A stretch of DNA of 20,000 nucleotides. Source: an uncultured virus (IMG/VR IMGVR_UViG_3300025695_000008) (lineage: Duplodnaviria; Heunggongvirae; Uroviricota; Caudoviricetes). How positions within the stretch are numbered: position 1 is the stretch's first letter; every line of letters starts with the position of its first letter. The stretch lies in the IMG/VR virus record IMGVR_UViG_3300025695_000008; one strand, given 5' to 3'. The translations under genes were made by a program, and so were the position numbers. Under the pieces are notes generated by a model. The model was not told the DNA's origin and did not search any database. It was given only the letters and a program-made list of their open reading frames with translations. Positions 8,933 to 16,936 of the stretch are shown in pieces.

Positions 8933-11144
8933 GTCCCGTAAAATAATTTTTTTCTATTGATTTTAGTGCGTTTACAGAGTCCCATAAACCAAAGTAATAA
9001 TATTTACCTCGATACTTGTTGGATATTTCTGGATCAAACTCTTCTGGTTCAATACTACCAGTGTAAACTCCATAAGATGTGGTTATATCGTTACCTATAA
9101 GACCTTCTAGGTCGTCTGTTACATCTTCTATACCGAATTCTATAACAGGGAATTTACTTTGGTGGTTAGTTGATGATAAAAAAGGACCTATACTGTACTT
9201 GTTATCATAGGCTTGGTTAAACGCTTTATGTATACCACTATAATCTGTCGAGTCTTCTTTTTTAGCCAACTCCAATGCAAATAGTGTTGGTATTATGGGA
9301 CCGTTGTCACCGTAGTTAAATGTATTGTTGTCCCCATACCAGTTTTTTATCGGGGTGTCCCAGCTCATAAATTGATCTGGTCTAAATATATCCGCATATA
9401 TATCACCACTATTTTTACCATCTAATCTTACACCTATACCCTTATGGTATTCGTACTCTTTTACCTTTTCACCGTAAGAAATGTCGGTAGGTATATTTAT
9501 TAGGTTTATCAACTTATTTGGTGCTAATACTTCTGGGTTGAAATCAGGATTACTTATAGAGTTATTTGGTATGTTTTGTATACGCATTTCATATCTAGGT
9601 ATTAATGCAGAACCTATAATCTCTATATCTGAAGTTATCTGTTCAACCTGGTCTCTGAGTACTGGGAAATTCCATGATATATCAACATCATCATCTATTT
9701 TAGGGAAATAACTTAGACTAGCACCAGGTTCGGACATGTTTGTTTCTGAATGTTTGTTATACTTACTTTTTATTGTGTAAAATTTCCTTTTTCTATTAAC
9801 AATGTCGTACTCAAATAAACCACTATTAGTACCTTCCCATCCACCAGTTAAGTTTTCACCATTTGTTGATGATGGTACTCTTATACCTGGTATTCTATGG
9901 GTGTTATAACTACCCCATGGTACTCTATTATTCCAAGCTTCGTTCTGATCGTACATTTCAAAAGCATAATAACCTTTTGTGGGTATACTATTTTCAGTTT
10001 CTTCTGTAGGTACTAAGTCACCGAATTGGTTTACCTTAACATAATCCATGTACATCGGTAATGATATCCTGAAAATACCAGTACCGCGCTCTGCTTTGTA
10101 GGCTCCAACCCTTACTCTACTACCAGGTGTTAGTTTATCATCTAATCTGTAAACTACAACTATGGTTTCTTGTAGCGGCCATATTTCACCAGTATTTTTA
10201 TCCAGTGCTTTATTATACCCAGGTATTGATAGTTTGCTTTGGTTTCCGTCCCATGAGTAATCTGGTTTAACGCAATAAGAATGTGATGGACTACCTAACC
10301 AACCAAAAAATATAGCTGTTGGTGTATAGTTGTATTCTACCTTAAAGTCGCATCTTGTAATACCAACATCGTGTTCTTCATCGTCACCCCAAAATGGTGA
10401 TACGTTGACTTGTTTTATCTCGTTGAATATGTTAGGCATTTCATTTATATTGGTTTTTACCTCTACATTGAACGTATCGTTACCTGAATAAATAAATTTT
10501 GGTACTTTAAATGGGTCTGTATTGTCTGGTGTCCCAGTAGCTTCAGCAACGCTTTTAATGTTTTTATATTCTGATACAGATTCAACGATATCGTTAGCTG
10601 TGACCTCCATACTACTCGTATCAAAAATATCGAAATCCATCATGATATTGTGGGATCCTACTGGTACCCCGAATATCATATAATCACCAGATTTATTTGT
10701 TGTTACTGTGTATTTATAATATTTTTCCATTATCTCCAAATATTGTGGATAATGGGTTAAATCATTTATTACTGGTAGATTACCTACGGCTCTATGGCTA
10801 GGGTTTTGGTTCCTAACTCTAGGCAGTAGATTATATCTAACTCCGTTTGGGAATTGGTCGTTTATAGTCTCAAATGGGTATAACTCGGTTATTTCTGGTC
10901 TCTCTTTATCTTCAACGGTTATAGGTACAAATATAGATATCTTGGCATTTTCTAACCCATACCCATTAGAGGTTTGTACCCTACCTACTATAGTACCGAA
11001 ATCTGAAGATGTTTTAGTATAAATGTCGGTACTACTAATTTTTAAACTTAATATTTCTAGGTTATCGAAATCTTCTTCTAAGTTTATTAGTATACGATCA
11101 TCTACTTGATCTTCATTTAAGACTATTTTAATATTTCTATCCAT
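8925..11144 (-). CDS. Hypothetical structural protein with N-terminal carboxypeptidase-regulatory/transthyretin-like beta-sandwich (739 aa)
   Basis: TAATG overlap with the gp6-like gene. Motifs GTIVGRVQTSNGYGLENAKISIF and YTVTTNKSGDYMIFGVPVGSHNIMMD match the CarboxypepD_reg-like pattern (GxIxGxV...G.PL..A.V...T...TD..G.Y.I..VP.G.Y.L). Confidence 0.7.
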   Translation of the reverse strand: MDRNIKIVLNEDQVDDRILINLEEDFDNLEILSLKISSTDIYTKTSSDFGTIVGRVQTSNGYGLENAKISIFVPITVEDKERPEITELYPFETINDQFPNGVRYNLLPRVRNQNPSHRAVGNLPVINDLTHYPQYLEIMEKYYKYTVTTNKSGDYMIFGVPVGSHNIMMDFDIFDTSSMEVTANDIVESVSEYKNIKSVAEATGTPDNTDPFKVPKFIYSGNDTFNVEVKTNINEMPNIFNEIKQVNVSPFWGDDEEHDVGITRCDFKVEYNYTPTAIFFGWLGSPSHSYCVKPDYSWDGNQSKLSIPGYNKALDKNTGEIWPLQETIVVVYRLDDKLTPGSRVRVGAYKAERGTGIFRISLPMYMDYVKVNQFGDLVPTEETENSIPTKGYYAFEMYDQNEAWNNRVPWGSYNTHRIPGIRVPSSTNGENLTGGWEGTNSGLFEYDIVNRKRKFYTIKSKYNKHSETNMSEPGASLSYFPKIDDDVDISWNFPVLRDQVEQITSDIEIIGSALIPRYEMRIQNIPNNSISNPDFNPEVLAPNKLINLINIPTDISYGEKVKEYEYHKGIGVRLDGKNSGDIYADIFRPDQFMSWDTPIKNWYGDNNTFNYGDNGPIIPTLFALELAKKEDSTDYSGIHKAFNQAYDNKYSIGPFLSSTNHQSKFPVIEFGIEDVTDDLEGLIGNDITTSYGVYTGSIEPEEFDPEISNKYRGKYYYFGLWDSVNALKSIEKNYFTGHE

Positions 11145-12958
11145 TATTGGTTTGGTATGGTTGCAGTTACTGGTATTGTTTTAATATCGACATCTGGGTT
11201 CTTTATGCTAAGTATTTGGTATTCTTCAACTAATATGAAATTGTTTTCTATGTCAATCTCACCTGTAGCTGTGTCGATAATACTCTGCTTTGTTTTACTA
11301 CTAGAGTAACCAACCCCAGTATTATTAAACGCTTTTATGTAATTAATATTAATAACACCATCAATTTGTGTTAATTTAGCAACTAGAGTACCAACACTAT
11401 AGTTTTTACCTAGCTGAGATTTATTGTTAGTAAATTCATTTGCTATAGTATCGCTTATCCTAGCAGATACCTGTGTTTGTTGTCCAACTTCAGTTATCAC
11501 ACCAACTTCAAAACCTATGTTAATAATCTCAGCTGGTTTAACGATAACATAATCATTTATCATTCTATATTTAGATAAGTATGTTGCTATGTTTTCCATT
11601 AATAACGATGTTACTGTGCTTGATATATCACCATTATTATCGTAAGTTAAAACACCTATCTCTATTTTGTTTGATCTTTGTGTTATACTAGTTTTAGCTG
11701 GTGTACCGAAAGTACTAGGCATAGACATTATTAACGCCTTATAATCGTTTAACGTTACAGCTCTATTTTGTGCGGAGAAATTGTAAGCTATATATTGTCT
11801 TAATTCTTCTATACTTGGTTCGTCAGAACCTCCTAGCGCTGGTGTTGTATTGATAACCGTAATGGTATCTCTAATATTATTAGAAATTGACTCTTCTGGT
11901 CCGTTTATTTCGGCTATTAACCTACCTACTTCAGTTATGGTGCCTGTACCCGCATTAGAGTCTACACCACCACCAACTCTATATCTTATGTACATGGTTG
12001 TGTTAGCTATTGGGGCTAAACCTAAACTACCATTCCTTAGGAAGCTTTTTAAATCGAAACTCCCTGAATCCATGAAGTCATCTAGTATGTCCATTGATGT
12101 GTCTGTTTGAGCACCGAATGTTATTTGACAGAACCCGTTTGGGGTGTATTCTACTATATACCTTTGGTCTATCTTTTCATACATACCTTTAGCTATACCA
12201 TCGACTCTAGGTGAGTTAGCATCTTCTATGAAGACGTTATCTTCCGCTAGTGAAGGTACTTCGTACCACTTGTTAGTACTGTTATTAAATTCATTTAATG
12301 TTGGTATAGCTGTATAACTAGTACCAGTCTTGTGTATGATTGATTCAACGGATAATACGTTGTCTTCGGGTAAAGTTATCTTTTGAAAAGGGTTACTTAC
12401 GTTAAATACTTGTACGAAATTTTTAGTCGTACCAGCTATAATTAAGCCAGTTTTTGTTATCGTATAACCAGTTAATTTACCGTTAACGAATATCGGTATT
12501 TTAGTTCTATCTGAGTTACCAGAACTATTTACGGCTGAACTGAAGTCTATATCATATAATACTTCATATGTGTTTTCTTCGTTCGTTACTTGTGTACCAG
12601 CTTTAATTATGGGTAAGTACCTAACGTCTTCTTGGTCACCATATGCTGGTATCTGAGCCGAAAACTCAACCACCCCTACTGACGCAGATTTTGTTGGTAA
12701 CTTTAAACCATAAGTTTTAGCTATATTATATAGTGATTGTCTTTCTTGTGCGTAATCGAGTACCGTTTCTTGTAACGCTCTGTCTATCTGAAAATTTAAG
12801 TTATCTGCCATCGCAGCATTCAAATCTAGGAACACTGAAAGTATGGAAGCGTCATTGAAGTTTTGTACTACTTCTGGGTAGTATTGTTTTATATAATTTA
12901 TTTGCTCCGTTTTTAATGAAGCGAAATCTCTTTTACTGTAGTTTATTTGTCTTGCCAT
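11144..12958 (-). CDS. gp6: Baseplate wedge subunit, T4 gp6-like (604 aa)
   Basis: N-terminal RDFASLK...ASILSVFLDLNAAMADNLNFQIDRALQETVLDYAQERQSLYNIAKTYG and the GGSDEPSIEELRQYIAYNFSAQNRAVTLNDY motif match T4-like gp6/baseplate J proteins. Directly follows a gp25-like gene. Confidence 0.9.
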   Translation of the reverse strand: MARQINYSKRDFASLKTEQINYIKQYYPEVVQNFNDASILSVFLDLNAAMADNLNFQIDRALQETVLDYAQERQSLYNIAKTYGLKLPTKSASVGVVEFSAQIPAYGDQEDVRYLPIIKAGTQVTNEENTYEVLYDIDFSSAVNSSGNSDRTKIPIFVNGKLTGYTITKTGLIIAGTTKNFVQVFNVSNPFQKITLPEDNVLSVESIIHKTGTSYTAIPTLNEFNNSTNKWYEVPSLAEDNVFIEDANSPRVDGIAKGMYEKIDQRYIVEYTPNGFCQITFGAQTDTSMDILDDFMDSGSFDLKSFLRNGSLGLAPIANTTMYIRYRVGGGVDSNAGTGTITEVGRLIAEINGPEESISNNIRDTITVINTTPALGGSDEPSIEELRQYIAYNFSAQNRAVTLNDYKALIMSMPSTFGTPAKTSITQRSNKIEIGVLTYDNNGDISSTVTSLLMENIATYLSKYRMINDYVIVKPAEIINIGFEVGVITEVGQQTQVSARISDTIANEFTNNKSQLGKNYSVGTLVAKLTQIDGVININYIKAFNNTGVGYSSSKTKQSIIDTATGEIDIENNFILVEEYQILSIKNPDVDIKTIPVTATIPNQ

Positions 12959-12962
12959 TTTC

Positions 12963-13379
12963 TTATATAGTTAAACCCAAAGTACCATTCGCCTGGAATG
13001 TTCTGGTTGTTATAGTGTAATCTAAATTTATTTTTATCTGGTGCTCCTTTTCAGTATCATTTAAATGTTTAGGATCGTCACCAACCTTACTTATGATAAC
13101 ATCGTTTAATTTCAAGTTTGGTATATACTTCTCTACCGCATCCGATATCTCAGATTCAATTTTACCCATAGTTATATCATCTAAAGGTTCGAATAAGTAT
13201 TGGTATATATTCGTACCGAAATCTGGTAAAAAGTATCTACTACCTTTCTTTGTTAACAACAAATGTATCAACATAGATTTAACCTCTTCTTCTGGTAAAG
13301 ATGTTAATCTAATATAATCACCTTCTTCAGAAAAGTTAAAAGGGAAATCTAAACCGAATGTTTGTTTTTTTAAGGCCAT
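12963..13379 (-). CDS. gp25: Baseplate wedge subunit gp25-like (GPW_gp25 family; sheath initiator) (138 aa)
   Basis: GLDFPF...VKSMLIHLLLTKKGSRYFLPDFGTNIYQYLFEPLD...ISDAVEKYIP is the canonical gp25/gpW signature (LLT..GER...P.FG..L...LFEP). Confidence 0.93.
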   Translation of the reverse strand: MALKKQTFGLDFPFNFSEEGDYIRLTSLPEEEVKSMLIHLLLTKKGSRYFLPDFGTNIYQYLFEPLDDITMGKIESEISDAVEKYIPNLKLNDVIISKVGDDPKHLNDTEKEHQIKINLDYTITTRTFQANGTLGLTI

Positions 13380-13390
13380 AAACGTTTTAA

Positions 13391-13399
13391 TATAAATAT
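13391..13399 (-). promoter_or_regulatory. Candidate phage late-promoter element ATATTTATA (plus strand TATAAATAT) upstream of the baseplate operon
   Basis: Lies between the nrdA terminator and the gp25 ATG, 11 nt upstream of it. The same ATATTTAT core recurs upstream of nrdB. An operon placed just after a terminator needs its own promoter here. Confidence 0.4.
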
Positions 13400-13418
13400 C
13401 GTAACAAATTATTTTTTG

Positions 13419-13454
13419 TAAATAAAAATCCCATCATTATTAATGATGGGATTT
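13419..13454 (-). terminator. Rho-independent terminator downstream of nrdA
   Basis: Perfect 14-bp inverted repeat AAATCCCATCATTA-T-TAATGATGGGATTT (13426-13454). On the minus strand the stem runs into TTTTTATTT. Starts 26 nt after the nrdA stop. Confidence 0.88.
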
Positions 13455-13480
13455 GAATACGTAAAACCATTAAAGGTTTA

Positions 13481-15898
13481 TTATGAGCTACAACCAAAGC
13501 AGTCGAATTGACTATCTTCAGGTTTGTTATTTATTTCAGTCATAATTGGTTCTTTAGGTTTACTCGTTGTGTTCGGATCATTTTCGTTGTTTATACTAAT
13601 AGCTAAATGTTTAGCTCCAGTCGATATGGCTTTTGTTCTAACGTAATAACATAATGATTTTAAACCCATTTTCCATGCATGGAAATGACTGGATGATAGT
13701 TTTTGTATACTTGGGTCTTGAAAGTAAATGTTCATTGACTGTGATTGGTCGATGAAAGGTGCTCTATCAGCCGCCATATTTATTAACTCTTTTTGTGATA
13801 CCTCCCAAATGGTTTTGTATTTATCCATTAGATGTTCTATCCTACTAACCATTTTGTCGTATTTTTTTGAATCTGGCGACACTGGTATGTATTTATTAAA
13901 GTTTATATTTTGTATAGAACCCTCGTTCATTATTATATCGTTTTTAAATTCTTCTGACCATATACCTAGGTCTTCAAAATCTTCTATTAAGTATTTGTTA
14001 GCAATCAGAAATTCACCACCAACAACTCTTCTGTTAAATAGATTTGAACCTATCACTTCGGTCATTTCATAAGAACCAGTTATTTTAGCTGAAGAGGCTA
14101 CTGGCATCTGAGCCGTGAATAAACTATTACATATACCGTGTTCTCTAACAGACTCTTTAAGGCCTTCCCAGTCCCACATAAGATCGCTTTGATCTATACC
14201 CCACATATCAAATTGAAAGTTGGATTTAGACATTGGTGATCCTTTAAAGTGTTTATACGGTTTGTATCCACCAGACTTACATAACTCATTACTTTCTGTT
14301 ACAGCGGCAAAGTATATAGTTTCGAATATCCTTTTATTAAGGTTTTTAGCTTCCTCTGAAGTGAAAGTATAATCCATTAAAAAGAAAGTGTCGGCAAGTC
14401 CTTGTACACCTATCGCTATAGCTCTTTGTTCTAGACCACCTTTTCTACCTTTATCTGTAGAGTATGCGTTAATATCTATAACTCTGTTTAATGCTCTAAC
14501 TATCTTTCTAACCTCAGTATTTAATAACTCGAAATCGAATGTTTTTTCTTTAACGTAGTTTTTTATAACCGTTGAAGATAATGTACATATAGCGGTAGTT
14601 TCTTCATCAGTAAATTGATATATCTCATTACATAGGTTAGATTGTTTTATAACACCTAAATTTTGATGATTAGTCTTCTTGTTCGCATTATCCTTTGAAC
14701 ATAAGTATGGTACCCCAGTTTCAACTTGGGATTCGATAACTTTGCTCCATATATCTTGAGCTTTAACCTTTTTCCCTATACCCATTTCAACCGCCTTGTT
14801 GTAATTTTTTTCATATTCTTCACCGTAACATTCTTGTAGTGGTTTTAAACCAGCTTTTATGATGTCATTAGGGCAGAATAAATACCAATCACTATCGTTT
14901 TGTACAGCCTCCATGAAGTTGTCTGGTATCCATAATGATGTGAATAAATCTCTAGCACGCAATTCTTCAGCGCCAGTGTTCTTTTTTATATCTAATAGAT
15001 CCACAACGTCTTTGTGCCATGGTTCGATATATATTGCGGCACTACCTGGTCTTCGACCTTGTTGGTTGAAGAATCTTAGGGACTCATTAACAATCTTTAG
15101 GTATTTTAACAACCCTCCAGAAAACCCTCCTGATGTACTAATTCTACTTTCTTTACTACGAATGTTTGACATACACAGTCCGATACCAGCCGCATCAGCT
15201 GAGTATACAGATATATCTCTAAGACTATCTAATAACCCGTCTCTAGAGTCTTCGTTGTTGTAATGTAGTACACAAGAAGCTAATTGTGGTATCTTGGTAC
15301 CAGAGTTTATCATTATTGGTGTAGCTGGCGATATTAATTGATTAGATAAAGATTCATAATATTCTACAGCTTCCTCGAAAGAGTTGGTTACCCATATAGA
15401 TACACGCATGTACATATGTTGAGGTCTTTCTACGTGAACACCTTCAGATGTCTTGGTTAAGTACATTTCGTTTAATGATCTCCATGCGAAGTAATCAAAC
15501 CTAAAATCTCTTTCGTGGTCTATAACATTATCAACTTTATCACATCCGTATTTATTCAATTTTTCCATAAACGTATCGTTTATGATCCCATCCTTATTCA
15601 AAGTTTTCATAGTCTCTGAGAAACTAGGGTTTGTATCTTTGTGGTACGAAGATATAGCTATATTAGCAGCCATTTTACTGTAATCGTAGTGAGTTCCAGT
15701 GTATGAAGCGCATATCTCAGCTAATAACTTATCTATCTCCTTGGTTGTAACGGTACCTTCATTGGGTAGTGACGTAATACCTTTGATAAATATTTCGTCA
15801 GAATTAACCTTCAACCCTTTGGTTGCTTTTTTTATCCTGGATAGAATTTTTGTTGGGTTGAAGGACACCTCTTCCCCATTACGTTTTTTTATTTTCAT
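13481..15898 (-). CDS. nrdA: Ribonucleoside-diphosphate reductase class Ia alpha subunit with N-terminal ATP cone (805 aa)
   Basis: ATP cone (KKRNGEEVSFNPTKI), ERPQHMYMRV, SPATP, QLASC (C225 equivalent), SNLCNEI (N437/C439/E441), TAICTL (C462), PFIDQSQSMN, YY pair (CYYVRTK) and C-terminal CFGC redox pair. E. coli numbering. Confidence 0.97.
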   Translation of the reverse strand: MKIKKRNGEEVSFNPTKILSRIKKATKGLKVNSDEIFIKGITSLPNEGTVTTKEIDKLLAEICASYTGTHYDYSKMAANIAISSYHKDTNPSFSETMKTLNKDGIINDTFMEKLNKYGCDKVDNVIDHERDFRFDYFAWRSLNEMYLTKTSEGVHVERPQHMYMRVSIWVTNSFEEAVEYYESLSNQLISPATPIMINSGTKIPQLASCVLHYNNEDSRDGLLDSLRDISVYSADAAGIGLCMSNIRSKESRISTSGGFSGGLLKYLKIVNESLRFFNQQGRRPGSAAIYIEPWHKDVVDLLDIKKNTGAEELRARDLFTSLWIPDNFMEAVQNDSDWYLFCPNDIIKAGLKPLQECYGEEYEKNYNKAVEMGIGKKVKAQDIWSKVIESQVETGVPYLCSKDNANKKTNHQNLGVIKQSNLCNEIYQFTDEETTAICTLSSTVIKNYVKEKTFDFELLNTEVRKIVRALNRVIDINAYSTDKGRKGGLEQRAIAIGVQGLADTFFLMDYTFTSEEAKNLNKRIFETIYFAAVTESNELCKSGGYKPYKHFKGSPMSKSNFQFDMWGIDQSDLMWDWEGLKESVREHGICNSLFTAQMPVASSAKITGSYEMTEVIGSNLFNRRVVGGEFLIANKYLIEDFEDLGIWSEEFKNDIIMNEGSIQNINFNKYIPVSPDSKKYDKMVSRIEHLMDKYKTIWEVSQKELINMAADRAPFIDQSQSMNIYFQDPSIQKLSSSHFHAWKMGLKSLCYYVRTKAISTGAKHLAISINNENDPNTTSKPKEPIMTEINNKPEDSQFDCFGCSS

Positions 15899-15934
15899 AT
15901 AATTTTTGTTAGTCTTAATTAATACTATTCTATT

Positions 15935-16885
15935 CTAAAAGTCGTCAGTGAAACTTAATTTCTCGTTAAGCTTGGCTTTTTGATACTCTACTGTCCTAGA
16001 TTCAAAAAAGTTACCTTTTGTTTCGACAGCGATTTGCTCCATGAATTTAAAAGGTTGTTCGACATTAAACTCTTTTTTACAACCAAACTTAGCCAGTAAA
16101 CCATCTGTAACGAACTCAAGATATTGTTTCATCATATTAGAGTTCATTCCTATTAAAGATACTGGTAGAGATTCTGTTATGAACTCCTTTTCGATCTCTA
16201 AAGCAGATAATAGTATCTCTTTAATCCTTTCTTCAGGTAATTTGTTTACGACATGGTTATTACTTAAGTGTATAGCGAAATCACAGTGTAGGTTTTCGTC
16301 TTTAAATATCAAGGTATTCGCATTACATAGACCCTGCATTAAACCTCTCGATTTTAACCAGAATATAGAAGCGAATGACCCTGAGAAGAATATACCTTCC
16401 ACGGCAGCAAAAGCTACTAATCTCTCTTGAAAAGATGATTCTTCGATCCACTCTAGTGCCCATTTAGCTTTCTTTTGTACAGCTGGTAGATTTTCTAAGG
16501 CATTGAAACTATCCATCTTTTCTTTATGGTCCGATATGTACGTATCTATTAGTAAAGAATACATTAAACTATGAATGTTTTCCATAGCGATCTGTATTCC
16601 GTAGAAGAACTTAGCTTCTGGGTATTGAACTTCTTTTAAAAAGTTTTCGGCCAGATTCTCGTTTACTATACCATCAGATGAGGCAAAAAATGATAATATG
16701 TTTTTGATAAAATATCTTTCGTTATCTGTTAAACTTTCCCAGTCTCTTATATCATTTGATAAGTCTACCTCTTCAGCTGTCCAGAACGCTGCCTGATGTT
16801 GTTTGTAATATTCCCATATATCGTTGTATTCTATAGGGAATATTACGAATCTATTAGGATTTTCTTGTAAAATTGGTTCTTTCAT
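15935..16885 (-). CDS. nrdB: Ribonucleoside-diphosphate reductase class Ia beta subunit (316 aa)
   Basis: [37 protein letters not shown] (Fe ligands plus radical Tyr), [25 protein letters not shown] and C-terminal FTDDF. Eukaryote/Bacteroidota-type R2. Confidence 0.97.
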   Translation of the reverse strand: MKEPILQENPNRFVIFPIEYNDIWEYYKQHQAAFWTAEEVDLSNDIRDWESLTDNERYFIKNILSFFASSDGIVNENLAENFLKEVQYPEAKFFYGIQIAMENIHSLMYSLLIDTYISDHKEKMDSFNALENLPAVQKKAKWALEWIEESSFQERLVAFAAVEGIFFSGSFASIFWLKSRGLMQGLCNANTLIFKDENLHCDFAIHLSNNHVVNKLPEERIKEILLSALEIEKEFITESLPVSLIGMNSNMMKQYLEFVTDGLLAKFGCKKEFNVEQPFKFMEQIAVETKGNFFESRTVEYQKAKLNEKLSFTDDF

Positions 16886-16908
16886 AAAATTTGTTTTTTG
16901 TTGTTTAA

Positions 16909-16926
16909 ATAAATATGTGTAAATAT
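16909..16926 (-). promoter_or_regulatory. Candidate promoter element: tandem ATATTTA motifs 10 bp apart upstream of nrdB
   Basis: Minus strand reads TATATTTACACATATTTATTTAAAC in the 51-nt helicase-nrdB gap. Same core as the motif upstream of gp25. Confidence 0.3.
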
Positions 16927-16936
16927 AGTATTAAAT

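Noticed and set aside
11144..13379. Bacterial eCIS, tailocin or T6SS locus
   Set aside because: gp25/gp6 are directly linked to a phage-type replication module, the gp6 is T4-like in length and motifs, and no host housekeeping context is present. A bacterial origin is not formally excluded but is unlikely.
13426..13454. Inverted repeat as a CRISPR repeat, transposon end or ncRNA
   Set aside because: Single copy, located right after a stop codon and followed by a U-tract; fully explained as an intrinsic terminator.
13481..16885. Giant virus (NCLDV) or eukaryotic origin suggested by the eukaryote-like RNR
   Set aside because: Adjacent gp25/gp6 baseplate genes, a DnaB helicase, overlapping operonic genes and an intrinsic terminator indicate a tailed bacteriophage.
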